This document shows positions 38,378 to 46,956 of a stretch of DNA of 64,000 bases, piece by piece. The stretch is from the NCBI RefSeq assembly GCF_040414665.1, contig NZ_JBEDUL010000010.1:10491-74490 (forward strand), written 5' to 3'. The position numbers were made by a program, and so were the translations under genes. The notes under the pieces are model-generated. The model ran no database searches, was not told the origin of the DNA, and worked only from the letters and a program-made list of their open reading frames with translations. Every line of letters begins with the position of its first letter. Positions within the stretch are counted from its first letter, which is position 1. Origin of the DNA: Intrasporangium sp. (lineage in GTDB: Bacteria; Actinomycetota; Actinomycetes; Actinomycetales; Dermatophilaceae).

Positions 38378-39214
38378 ATGAGCCAGCAGCCCTCAGGGTG
38401 GTACGACGACCCCAGCAATCCCGACCTTCTCCGCTACTGGGACGGGGTGACCTGGACGAGCCACACCGCGCCGAAGAAGTCGCCGACGGCGCCACAGTCC
38501 ACCATCGGCCAGCCGCAGCAGCAGCCGCAGCAGCCGCAGCAGTCACCGACCGCTCCGTTGCCCCAGGGCGGCGCGTGGCAGGTCCCGGGCGGTGGGCAGT
38601 CTCGCCCGGAGACCCAGCAATACCAGCAGTACCCGGGCTACCCGGGGGCCGGGCAGTACCCGGGCGCCCCACAGGCGCAGCAGTGGCTGCAGGGGCCGGT
38701 CACCGAGGACGGCGTCCCGCTGGCGTCGTGGGGCAAGCGGTTCCTCGGGTGGATCCTCGACGGCATCATCATTGCGATCATCGTGCAGCTGCTCACGCCG
38801 ATCTTCGTGCCCGAGTACGGCGAGCTCGTCGACCGGTTCACGACCGCGATCGAGTCCAATGACCAGGCCGCGATGAACGACTTCGTGTCCTCCATCGCCG
38901 GCATGTCGCTCAAGGTTGGGCTGCTGTCCTGGTTCATTGCGTCCGTCTACGCCATCGCCTTCTGGGTCACCCTCGCGCAGACGCCCGGGAAGATGGCGGC
39001 GCGCATCAGTGTGCGCCGGACCGACCGGCCCGGGCCCCTCGACCTGGGAACTGCCGTCAAGCGCCGCGTCCTTCCGCTCGTCAGCACCTTCATCGGGCTG
39101 CTGACCCTCATCGACGGGCTGTGGCCGCTGTGGGACGCCAAGCGCCAGGCACTGCACGACAAGGTCGCGGGCACCTATGTCGTCGTAGGGAAGCAGCCGC
39201 GACGCCCGATGTGA
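38378..39214 (+). CDS. DUF2510 + RDD family membrane protein
   Basis: N-terminal GWYDDPSNPDLLRYWDGVTWTSHT (DUF2510-like), a Gln/Pro-rich linker and a C-terminal RDD-type TM domain. Confidence 0.75.
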   Translation: MSQQPSGWYDDPSNPDLLRYWDGVTWTSHTAPKKSPTAPQSTIGQPQQQPQQPQQSPTAPLPQGGAWQVPGGGQSRPETQQYQQYPGYPGAGQYPGAPQAQQWLQGPVTEDGVPLASWGKRFLGWILDGIIIAIIVQLLTPIFVPEYGELVDRFTTAIESNDQAAMNDFVSSIAGMSLKVGLLSWFIASVYAIAFWVTLAQTPGKMAARISVRRTDRPGPLDLGTAVKRRVLPLVSTFIGLLTLIDGLWPLWDAKRQALHDKVAGTYVVVGKQPRRPM

Positions 39215-39234
39215 CTCACGGCTGACCCTCGGAG

Positions 39235-39252
39235 CCGCAAAAAACTTTGCGG
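39235..39252 (+). terminator. AT-rich hairpin CCGCAAA-aaac-TTTGCGG after the RDD gene
   Basis: A 7-bp stem 20 nt after the stop codon. There is no U-tract, so function is uncertain. Confidence 0.35.
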
Positions 39253-39370
39253 ATGGAGCAGGGGTCGGGTGCACAATGGCATGCGCGCAGATCTGCGCTG
39301 CTGCGGCAACGACGCCGATGGCCGCTCGGCCAACCCTTACCTCTCAGCTTCTCCATGACCAGGGGGACAC

Positions 39371-40972
39371 GTGTCACCTGCACCAGCTTCGACGGCGACC
39401 GGCCAACCCGGGGGACCGGAACAGTATCCGGACAAGATCGACGGCACCGTCCTCAAGGTGGCCGGTGTCGTCGTCCTCGGCTCGATCATGTCGATCCTCG
39501 ACATCACGGTCGTCAACGTCGCCCTCCCGACCTTTGCCGTGGAGTTCTCGTCCGACCCGTCCACTCCGCTCCCGTACTCCACCGTTGCGTGGACGATCAC
39601 GGCGTACACCCTCGCGCTCGCGACGGTCATCCCGCTGACCGGATGGGCCGCGGACCGCTTCGGCACGAAGCGGCTCTACATGCTCGCTCTCGCGCTCTTC
39701 ACGGTGGGCTCGGCCCTCTGCGCAACGGCCGACTCGATCGGCATGCTCATCCTCTTCCGGGTCCTGCAAGGGCTCGGTGGGGGAATGCTCATGCCTCTGG
39801 GCATGACCATCATGACGAAGGCCGCCGGGCCTGCGCGCATGGGCCGACTGATGGCGATCCTCGGTGTACCCATGCTCCTCGGCCCCATCTTCGGGCCGAT
39901 CCTCGGCGGCTGGCTCATCGACCACTACTCCTGGCACTGGATCTTCCTGATCAACGTGCCCCTCGGCTTCGTCGCGATCCTCTACGCCTGGCTCGCTCTG
40001 GCGAAGGACCGGCCGGAGCCGTCGGAGTCGTTCGACGTCATCGGCATGCTGCTCATGTCACCCGGTCTCGCGCTCTTCCTCTACGGGATCAGCTCGATCC
40101 CCGGGGAGGGCACCTTCTTCTCGGTCAAGGTCGGCGTGCCCGCGACGATCGGCGTGATCATGATGCTCGCCTTCGTCCTCTACAGCTTCCGGCCGAAGCA
40201 CCCGCTGCTCGACCTGCGCCTCTTCACCATCCGGAACTACTCCGCCGCGGCGATCACGATGTTCCTCTTCGCGGCCTCCTTCTTCGGAGCGCTCTTCCTC
40301 GTGCCGACCTACTTCCAGCTCGTCCGGGGCGAGTCTCCGGTCGACTCCGGCTGGCTGGTCGCGGCGCAGGGCGTCGGCGCCATGGTCACCATGCCCATCG
40401 CCGGCGCGCTCGCGGACCGGTTCCCGGTGGGCCGCATCGTCCCCTTCGGCCTGATTCTCATCGTGGGCGGCATGTTCGCCCTGACCCAGGTCACTGCAAC
40501 CACGTCGTACTGGGGCTACCTCATCCCGGTCCTGTTCATCATGGGTCTCGGCATGGGGGCGACGATGATGCCGCTCATGACGTCGGCGCTGAAGACCCTG
40601 AAGTCGCACCAGGTCGCTCGCGGCTCGACGCTGCTCAACATCAGTCAGCAGGTCGCCAGCTCCATTGGCATCGCGGTCATCTCGGTCGTCTTCACCAACC
40701 TGGTCGCCGAGAAGCCCCTCGCCGGACCGGCCATGGCCACCTGGCACGACCCGACCATCGCCAACCAGATGGGCGGTCAGGCTGGCGTAGCCGTCGGGTT
40801 GGAGCAGGCCGCCCAAGCCTTCGGTCAGACCTTCCTCGTGGCCGCGATCCTGGTCACCCTGACCCTGATCCCGGCGTACTTCCTGCCCCGCAGACGCGAG
40901 GTGTCACACCTGCTCGATGACGTGGAGGGCGAGGGCCCGGACCAGGGCGTGCCCGCGGTCGTCGTGCACTGA
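39371..40972 (+). CDS. MFS transporter, DHA2 (EmrB/QacA, 14-TMS) family
   Basis: About 14 hydrophobic segments and the DHA2-like motifs LDITVVNVALP and ADRFGTKRLY. The GTG start is preceded by AGGGGGA. Confidence 0.85.
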   Translation: MSPAPASTATGQPGGPEQYPDKIDGTVLKVAGVVVLGSIMSILDITVVNVALPTFAVEFSSDPSTPLPYSTVAWTITAYTLALATVIPLTGWAADRFGTKRLYMLALALFTVGSALCATADSIGMLILFRVLQGLGGGMLMPLGMTIMTKAAGPARMGRLMAILGVPMLLGPIFGPILGGWLIDHYSWHWIFLINVPLGFVAILYAWLALAKDRPEPSESFDVIGMLLMSPGLALFLYGISSIPGEGTFFSVKVGVPATIGVIMMLAFVLYSFRPKHPLLDLRLFTIRNYSAAAITMFLFAASFFGALFLVPTYFQLVRGESPVDSGWLVAAQGVGAMVTMPIAGALADRFPVGRIVPFGLILIVGGMFALTQVTATTSYWGYLIPVLFIMGLGMGATMMPLMTSALKTLKSHQVARGSTLLNISQQVASSIGIAVISVVFTNLVAEKPLAGPAMATWHDPTIANQMGGQAGVAVGLEQAAQAFGQTFLVAAILVTLTLIPAYFLPRRREVSHLLDDVEGEGPDQGVPAVVVH

Positions 40973-40978
40973 CCCAGT

Positions 40979-41025
40979 CCGTCCGGGCGGACGGTTCCGT
41001 CCGGAGGGAACCGGGCTCCGCCCGG
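40979..41025. terminator. Three consecutive GC-rich hairpins between convergent MFS and fahA genes
   Basis: CCGTCCGggCGGACGG, GGTTCC-n8-GGAACC and CCGGGCtccGCCCGG. Confidence 0.5.
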
Positions 41026-41032
41026 CGGGTCG

Positions 41033-42268
41033 TCAGGGACTGGGGCGGATCGTTCCTGAGACCTCGCCGAGGCCGATCCGGGAGCTGCCCGGTCCCGGGG
41101 CCCAGGCCCTGATCGTCACGGTGTCGCCGTCCTCGAGGAAGCCGCGGGTCGAGCCGTCCTCGAGGACGAGCGGCTCGGCGCCGTTCCAGGTGAGCTCGAG
41201 CAGGCTGCCCCGCGTGCCCTTCTCGGGACCGCTGACGGTGCCCGAGCCGAAGAGGTCACCGTTGCGCAGGGAGGCGCCGCCCACGGTCAGGTGCGCGAGC
41301 ATCTGCACCGGTGACCAGTACATTCCGGCGTACGCCGGTCGGGAGACGACGGTGCCGTTGAGGGCGACCTCGAGGTGGAGGTCGAGCCCGAACGCCGGCC
41401 CCTCGAGATAGGGCAGGACGGCCGGCTCCTCCTGTCCTGGGAGGGCCACCCGGGCCTGCGCCAGCGCGTCGAGGGGCGTCACCCACGCCGAGATCGAGGT
41501 CGCAAAGGACTTGCCGAGGAAGGGGCCCAGCGGGACGTACTCCCACGCCTGGATGTCCCGCGCGCTCCAGTCGTTGAGGATGACGACGCCGAAGAGGTGG
41601 TCGACCGCCTCCTCGACGGAGACCCGCGTCCCGACCTCGGTGGCACCGCCCACGACATAGCCGAGCTCGGCCTCGATGTCGAGGCGGATGCTCGGGCCGA
41701 AGACCGGGGCGGGATCGCTCGGCGCCTTGCGCTGACCACTCGGGCGCACGACGTCGGTCCCCGAGACGACGACGGTGCCGGACCGCCCGTGGTAGCCGAT
41801 CGGCAAGTGCTTCCAGTTCGGCGGCAGCGCGGCATTGTCAGGGCGGAAGATCTTGCCGACGTTGGATGCATGGTCCTCGCTGGCGTAGAAGTCGACGTAG
41901 TCGGCGACCTCGATCGGCAGGTGCAGGGTGACGGAGTCGAGAGGGTGCAGATGTGGCTCGACGCGGGTGCGGTGCACGTCGTCCGTGAGAATCTCGGTGA
42001 GCCACGCCCGCGCGATGGTCCACGCCGGCCGGCCCAGCGCCAGGAACGCGTTGAGGCTCGCGGTCTGCCAGGCAGTCGCGAGATCGGGACCGGAACCCGC
42101 CTGACCGGCGTCGCGTCCGATCGCGGCGACGGCGCCGGCGTCGAGGACGACATCGCCGATCCTGACCCCGACCCGCCTCGTGGCGTCGCCGCTGGCGGAG
42201 AAGACTCCGTAGGGCAGGTTGTCGATGCCGAACTGATGGTCGACTGGGACGTCAAGCCACGTGGTCAC
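41033..42268 (-). CDS. fahA: Fumarylacetoacetase
   Basis: 411 aa. It has the N-terminal FAA-hydrolase domain (FGIDNLPYGVFS) and a C-terminal FAH fold. Confidence 0.9.
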   Translation of the reverse strand: MTTWLDVPVDHQFGIDNLPYGVFSASGDATRRVGVRIGDVVLDAGAVAAIGRDAGQAGSGPDLATAWQTASLNAFLALGRPAWTIARAWLTEILTDDVHRTRVEPHLHPLDSVTLHLPIEVADYVDFYASEDHASNVGKIFRPDNAALPPNWKHLPIGYHGRSGTVVVSGTDVVRPSGQRKAPSDPAPVFGPSIRLDIEAELGYVVGGATEVGTRVSVEEAVDHLFGVVILNDWSARDIQAWEYVPLGPFLGKSFATSISAWVTPLDALAQARVALPGQEEPAVLPYLEGPAFGLDLHLEVALNGTVVSRPAYAGMYWSPVQMLAHLTVGGASLRNGDLFGSGTVSGPEKGTRGSLLELTWNGAEPLVLEDGSTRGFLEDGDTVTIRAWAPGPGSSRIGLGEVSGTIRPSP

Positions 42269-43134
42269 GCCGTGGTCCTTTCAGGGAGGAGGCCGAGCGC
42301 CTTCAGCTCGGTCAGGGGGTCGAGGACGCCGCAACAGCCGAAGCCGGTGAACGACGCGCGCAGCCGGTCGATGTCCCCGGCGTCGAAGGCGGTCAGGCGC
42401 CCGACGAGGTCCTCGACGTCCGTCACCTCGAGAGTGCGCACGAGGTGTGCAGTGCCCGCCCGCTCGAGCGCGTCATGGGTGGCCACCAGGACGTTGAGCA
42501 AGCCATGCATGGGCTCCCCACCGCCGTCACCGCGCACGACATGGTGCAGGCCGCCGGTCAGCTTGAAGGCGAGGCCCCGCGCCACTGCTGCGTGCAGAAA
42601 GCCTGCCAGTGTCGCCTCGTCGGGCCACGGCCAGGTCGGCGTCTGGCCGGTGCGGAACTTGGCCCGGACGCGCGCGCCCTGGCGGGCCGCGTCGGCGATG
42701 TCGTCCAGCTCCTGCGCCTGGCCCGGCCCGCGTCCGACCTCGACCACGACAGGTGGCCCGAGCTCGAGCACCTCCCGCCAGTCTGCCGACCAGCCGACCT
42801 CGACGCTCGAGACGTGCGCGGCGGACTCGTCGTGGAGCAGGCGGACCGCATCGGCCAGCGGCTCGAGCGGTCCACCCGGGCGCACGACGAGGCCGACCTG
42901 GATCGGGGAGCGCGCCGCACGAGGGTCCCGAGCTGCGAGGGCGGCCACCTCAGCCGCCGCGGTGGCGGGCACGAGCAGCGGTCCGAGCTGAGCGGCATAC
43001 GGCCCGGCTTGGAGGTCGAGGTGCTCGCGCACGGCCACGTCCGTCGGAGCCAGCCCCGGCGGGAAGACGGCTGCATCGTCGACGAGGTGCTCGAAGATCC
43101 GCGCATGGTGGGGGAAGCCGGTCGACCTTGACAT
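42265..43134 (-). CDS. Hypothetical protein (289 aa) translationally coupled to fahA
   Basis: High GC3. Its stop overlaps the fahA start (ATGA). I recognise no family. Notable segments are AKFRTGQ and FKLTGGLHH. Confidence 0.7.
   Translation of the reverse strand: MSRSTGFPHHARIFEHLVDDAAVFPPGLAPTDVAVREHLDLQAGPYAAQLGPLLVPATAAAEVAALAARDPRAARSPIQVGLVVRPGGPLEPLADAVRLLHDESAAHVSSVEVGWSADWREVLELGPPVVVEVGRGPGQAQELDDIADAARQGARVRAKFRTGQTPTWPWPDEATLAGFLHAAVARGLAFKLTGGLHHVVRGDGGGEPMHGLLNVLVATHDALERAGTAHLVRTLEVTDVEDLVGRLTAFDAGDIDRLRASFTGFGCCGVLDPLTELKALGLLPERTTA
42987..43002 (-). repeat. Dispersed motif copy M11 (reverse; ccgtatgccgctcagc), inside the CDS
   Basis: Core with the G-to-C variant. It is in sense orientation to the minus-strand gene and is read as PYAAQL. 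Confidence 0.7.
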
Positions 43135-43154
43135 GTCCCGGAGGGTACTCCAGT

Positions 43155-43192
43155 GTGTCTTGAGGGAGACACCAACGTCCGAAAATCGGACG
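43155..43192. promoter_or_regulatory. Two palindromes in the divergent hmgA promoter region
   Basis: GTGTCTtgagggAGACAC (43155-43172) and the perfect 17-bp CGTCCGAaaaTCGGACG (43176-43192), which ends 23 nt upstream of the hmgA ATG. Confidence 0.45.
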
Positions 43193-43214
43193 CCGCGATG
43201 ACCGAGGGGCAGAC

Positions 43215-44501
43215 ATGGCGTACTACCGGGCAGCCGGCAACATCCCGCCCAAGCGACACACCCAACACCGCCGCGACGGAGGCGAGCTCTACTACGAGGA
43301 GCTCATGGGCGAGGAGGGCTTCTCCTCCGACTCGTCCCTGCTCTACCACCGCAATATCCCGTCGACCGTGTCGTCGTCGCGCGTCTGGGAGGTGCGAGAC
43401 CAGTCGACGACCCCGAACCACCCCTTGACCCCCCGGCACCTCAAGCTGCACGACCTCTTCGACGACGCCGCCGTGCGGTCGACCGACGTCGTGACGGGCC
43501 GACGGCTCGTCCTCGGCAACGGTGACGTGCGGATCTCCTACGCCGTCGCCGCCCAGCCCAGCCCCTGGTACCGGAATGCCATGGGCGACGAGTGTGTCTA
43601 CGTCGAGCGCGGTGCGGCTCACGTCGAGACGGTCTTCGGCGCCTTCGACGTGGGCGAGGGCGACTACGTCATCATCCCGCGCGCGACGACCCACCGGTGG
43701 CTCCCCGTCGAGGATGCGGCCAACCCGCTCCGGGCCTACTGCATCGAGGCCAACAGCCACATCTCCCCGCCGAAGCGTTACCTCAGCAGGTACGGCCAGC
43801 TGCTCGAGCACGCGCCGTACTGCGAGCGAGACCTGCGCGGACCCGCGGGGCCGCTGCTGGCAGAGGACACCGGGGCGAGCGCCGACGAGGAGACCGAGGT
43901 CTACATCAAGCACCGGGGCAGTGGGCCGGGTGGCGTCGTCGGGTCGATCCACGTGCTGCCCTTCCACCCACTCGACGTCGTCGGGTGGGACGGATGCCTC
44001 TACCCCTACGTGTTCAACGTCCGGGACTACGAGCCGATCACCGGCCGCGTGCACCAGCCGCCACCCGTACACCAGGTCTTCGAGGGGATGGGGTTCGTCG
44101 TCTGCAACTTCGTGCCACGCAAGGTCGACTACCACCCCCTGTCGATTCCCGTGCCGTACTACCACTCCAACGTCGACAGCGACGAGATCATGTTCTACGT
44201 CGACGGCGACTACGAGGCCAGGAAGGGGTCCGGCATCGGCCGCGGGTCGATCTCGGTCCACCCAGGCGGGCACGCGCACGGACCGCAACCCGGCGCCACC
44301 GAGGGGTCGATCGGCGTCGAGTTCTTCGACGAGCTGGCCGTCATGGTGGACACGTTCCGGCCGCTCGAGCTCGGTGAAGCCGGACTCGCAGCCGACGACG
44401 GCCTCTACGCCTCGTCGTGGTCGCGCGGGGCGGCCACGCAGGCGAGCGGTCAGCCGGCGGCTGGCCAGCAGGACTCCGACGGAGTCCACACGGAGGGGTG
44501 A
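43215..44501 (+). CDS. hmgA: Homogentisate 1,2-dioxygenase
   Basis: 428 aa. The N-terminus YYRAAGNIPPKRHTQHR and the cupin core with a His-rich metal site (SVHPGGHAHGP) support the call. Confidence 0.9.
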   Translation: MAYYRAAGNIPPKRHTQHRRDGGELYYEELMGEEGFSSDSSLLYHRNIPSTVSSSRVWEVRDQSTTPNHPLTPRHLKLHDLFDDAAVRSTDVVTGRRLVLGNGDVRISYAVAAQPSPWYRNAMGDECVYVERGAAHVETVFGAFDVGEGDYVIIPRATTHRWLPVEDAANPLRAYCIEANSHISPPKRYLSRYGQLLEHAPYCERDLRGPAGPLLAEDTGASADEETEVYIKHRGSGPGGVVGSIHVLPFHPLDVVGWDGCLYPYVFNVRDYEPITGRVHQPPPVHQVFEGMGFVVCNFVPRKVDYHPLSIPVPYYHSNVDSDEIMFYVDGDYEARKGSGIGRGSISVHPGGHAHGPQPGATEGSIGVEFFDELAVMVDTFRPLELGEAGLAADDGLYASSWSRGAATQASGQPAAGQQDSDGVHTEG

Positions 44502-45205
44502 TGGCCGGACCCCTCGACGGGAGAGCCTCTCCTGTCAGCGAACGGCGCGCGCGGGAGAGCTCCAAGACGCTGGATCGCGGCATCCAGCTGCTCGAGCTGC
44601 TGGCCCGTCCGGGGCGTGCCAGCGGCCTGACCATCACCGAGCTGGCCGCGGAGCTCGGCGTGGGCCGTCCCGTCGTCTATCGGCTCGTCACGGCCCTCGA
44701 GGCCCACCACCTCGTCACCAGGCGGCCAGGTGGACGGGTCCGCCTCGGCCTCGGAGTGAGTCGGCTCGCCGCCGCGGTCACGCCCCTCGTCCGCTCCGAG
44801 GCCCGCCCGATCCTGCAGGAGCTGGCTGACTCGGTCGGCGCCACCGCCCACCTGACAGTGTCCGAGGGCGAGGAAGCGCTCGCCCTGGTCGTCGTCGAGC
44901 CGACGTGGACGGACTTCCACGTGGCCTATCGCTCCGGTGCCCGCCACCCCCTCGACCGGGGAGCGGCTGGCCGAGCGATCCTCGGCGGCCGGTCCGGCTC
45001 CGCGGACCTCGTCGTCAGCGTCGGTGAGCTCCAGTCCGGGGCCCACGGGCTCGCCGTCCCCGTCCTCCCGCCGACCGAGGCGGGTCAACCGGACCGTGTC
45101 GTCGAGGCGTCCGTGGGCGTGGTCGCACTCGAGCCGATCGACCCCGCCTCGGCCGGACCGCGGCTCGAGCGAGCCGCTCGGGCTCTCTCGACGATCCTGA
45201 CCTGA
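44501..45205 (+). CDS. IclR family transcriptional regulator
   Basis: The ATG overlaps the hmgA stop by 1 nt. The N-terminal wHTH reads LDRGIQLLELLARPGRASGLTITELAAELGVGRPVVYRLVTALE. Confidence 0.88.
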   Translation: MAGPLDGRASPVSERRARESSKTLDRGIQLLELLARPGRASGLTITELAAELGVGRPVVYRLVTALEAHHLVTRRPGGRVRLGLGVSRLAAAVTPLVRSEARPILQELADSVGATAHLTVSEGEEALALVVVEPTWTDFHVAYRSGARHPLDRGAAGRAILGGRSGSADLVVSVGELQSGAHGLAVPVLPPTEAGQPDRVVEASVGVVALEPIDPASAGPRLERAARALSTILT

Positions 45206-45230
45206 CGGACGTGCGCGCCCAACCGGGGCG

Positions 45231-45260
45231 GGCTGGCGAGCGGGCCAGCCTCTCGGTTTT
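45231..45260 (+). terminator. Intrinsic terminator after iclR
   Basis: GGCTGGC-gagcgg-GCCAGCC (7-bp GC stem) is followed by tctcggTTTT. Confidence 0.6.
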
Positions 45261-45262
45261 CT

Positions 45263-45291
45263 GGGACAGGGCATGTGGCCTTCCTTACACT
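45263..45291 (+). promoter_or_regulatory. Candidate sigma-70-type promoter for the downstream five-gene operon
   Basis: -35-like GGGACA, a 17-nt spacer, then -10 TACACT (TANNNT), about 70 nt upstream of ATG 45361. The surrounding stretch is visibly less GC-rich. Confidence 0.3.
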
Positions 45292-45360
45292 TCCGATAGG
45301 CGTCACACACCGAAGTCACCGGTTCACCCGGCCGGTGGCGAGACATCAAGGCGAGCCAAC

Positions 45361-46953
45361 ATGCCGAGACGTACCCCGCGCTCCAGTGGCAACAACGACG
45401 TCCGCGATCCGGCCTACGACGCGCTCATCAGCCTGCACGCCCAAACCGGCCTTCGGGGTGCCACGGACCCCGGCCTCATCCCGGGGTTTCACAGCCTGCC
45501 AACCGGCGAGGCGCTACGGATGGTCGCCGCCGCGCCGGCCGACCAGATCCCCGCGTCCGCACGACTGGGAGTCCTGGGCGACCTGGCCCGCGCTGGGTTC
45601 CCCGGCCGCGCGGACGACGAGGAGGCCTATCTCGAGCTGGCGAGGTCGGTGGACCAGGTCAGGATCAAGAACGGCAAACCCATCGACCCGGCGACCCTGC
45701 TGACGGATCTCGAGCAGGCGTTGCGAGATCGCGTCCCCTTCTACAAGACGCACACCGGCGGTGCCCTGGAGCACCAAGAGGCCGCCCTTGTCGGGGAAGA
45801 CGTGTGCACCGTGCGCACCGTAGAGGTCGGTGGGCTCGAGGCCACGTCCATCTATGCGGAGTTCCACACCAACGCGCCTTTCGAGACCGTGGCGGAGTGG
45901 ATCGATCCCCGCAGCTGGCCAAGGCGCGGGCCGATGCTGTTCAAGCGCATGACGGTGGTCGACGCCGCCGAACCGGTGGCGCTGGGTCCGCCCGGCTCAC
46001 CGCACTGGCATGGCGTCTTCCACGAGGAGGTCCAGCTGCTCCAGCGGGTCAACACATTGCTGCACTGCGACTTCTGGCGCCAGGGCAATGAGGCAGCCGG
46101 GATGACCTACGACCTCAGCCTCAGCCTCGACAACGAGATCGACGTCGACCGGGGCTTCCTCCTCGTCACCAACGCCGGGGGAGACCTCACGGTCAAGGCG
46201 CTCAAGATCGTCGGCTTCCGGCTCGACGTCTGGGACACCGTGGCCGGATGGGTCTGTCCGTCGTGGACCGACTTCGTTCGCGCTGCCGCCGAAGGCGGCA
46301 CCGAGTCGTCCGCTTACCCGGCCTCTGGAGGGCATATCGGCCCTCCCGGCCGCTCCCCCTTGGGAGAGACCTTCGATGCGTGGGTCGAGTTCCTCGGTGA
46401 CTCGGCACGGGCCTATGTCGACCTCTTCGAGGACGTGACAACGCGGGTGAGCACGAAGGGGGTCTCCGCGGCCGAGTGCCTCGACGACGAACGGAAGCTC
46501 TGGTCGCGGCTCGCGAAGGACTGGTCCCAGGCCTGGACGCACGGCATGAGCACCCTGGAGGAGGTCTCGCGCGAGGGGCTCGATGCCGGTTTCATGCCCC
46601 CGGGCGTTCCTCCCGATCGGGGTCGCGGAGCCGCGAGGACGATGACCTCGGGTGCGCCCGCCGGCCCACCTGTCGATGCAGCCGAGGGCACGATCATCCA
46701 GATTCCCGGGCTCGGCCCGTCGGTGCGGCTCCGGGTCTCCGACCTCGTCTCCATCGAAGCCGGGGGTGCCATGATCCGCGCAGGCGCGGTCCGCGTCAGC
46801 GTCGAGCAGCTCGCACAGGGACAGTACGGCGTCCACCTTGATGTCAGCGACCCCACGGCGGCAGCCGGCCTCTACGTGGGCGAGCTGATGAGCGCGGACG
46901 GGACCATGCGCACCCCGATCCAGCTCTACGTCTCCAGAGCCACTGGGGCGTGA
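45361..46953 (+). CDS. Hypothetical protein (530 aa): unassigned N-terminal region, START/SRPBCC-like middle, helical + beta-rich C-terminal module
   Basis: High GC3 from ATG 45361; upstream of that the track ORF looks non-coding. I recognise no family. It is the first gene of a tightly coupled operon. Confidence 0.7.
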   Translation: MPRRTPRSSGNNDVRDPAYDALISLHAQTGLRGATDPGLIPGFHSLPTGEALRMVAAAPADQIPASARLGVLGDLARAGFPGRADDEEAYLELARSVDQVRIKNGKPIDPATLLTDLEQALRDRVPFYKTHTGGALEHQEAALVGEDVCTVRTVEVGGLEATSIYAEFHTNAPFETVAEWIDPRSWPRRGPMLFKRMTVVDAAEPVALGPPGSPHWHGVFHEEVQLLQRVNTLLHCDFWRQGNEAAGMTYDLSLSLDNEIDVDRGFLLVTNAGGDLTVKALKIVGFRLDVWDTVAGWVCPSWTDFVRAAAEGGTESSAYPASGGHIGPPGRSPLGETFDAWVEFLGDSARAYVDLFEDVTTRVSTKGVSAAECLDDERKLWSRLAKDWSQAWTHGMSTLEEVSREGLDAGFMPPGVPPDRGRGAARTMTSGAPAGPPVDAAEGTIIQIPGLGPSVRLRVSDLVSIEAGGAMIRAGAVRVSVEQLAQGQYGVHLDVSDPTAAAGLYVGELMSADGTMRTPIQLYVSRATGA

Positions 46954-46956
46954 CGA

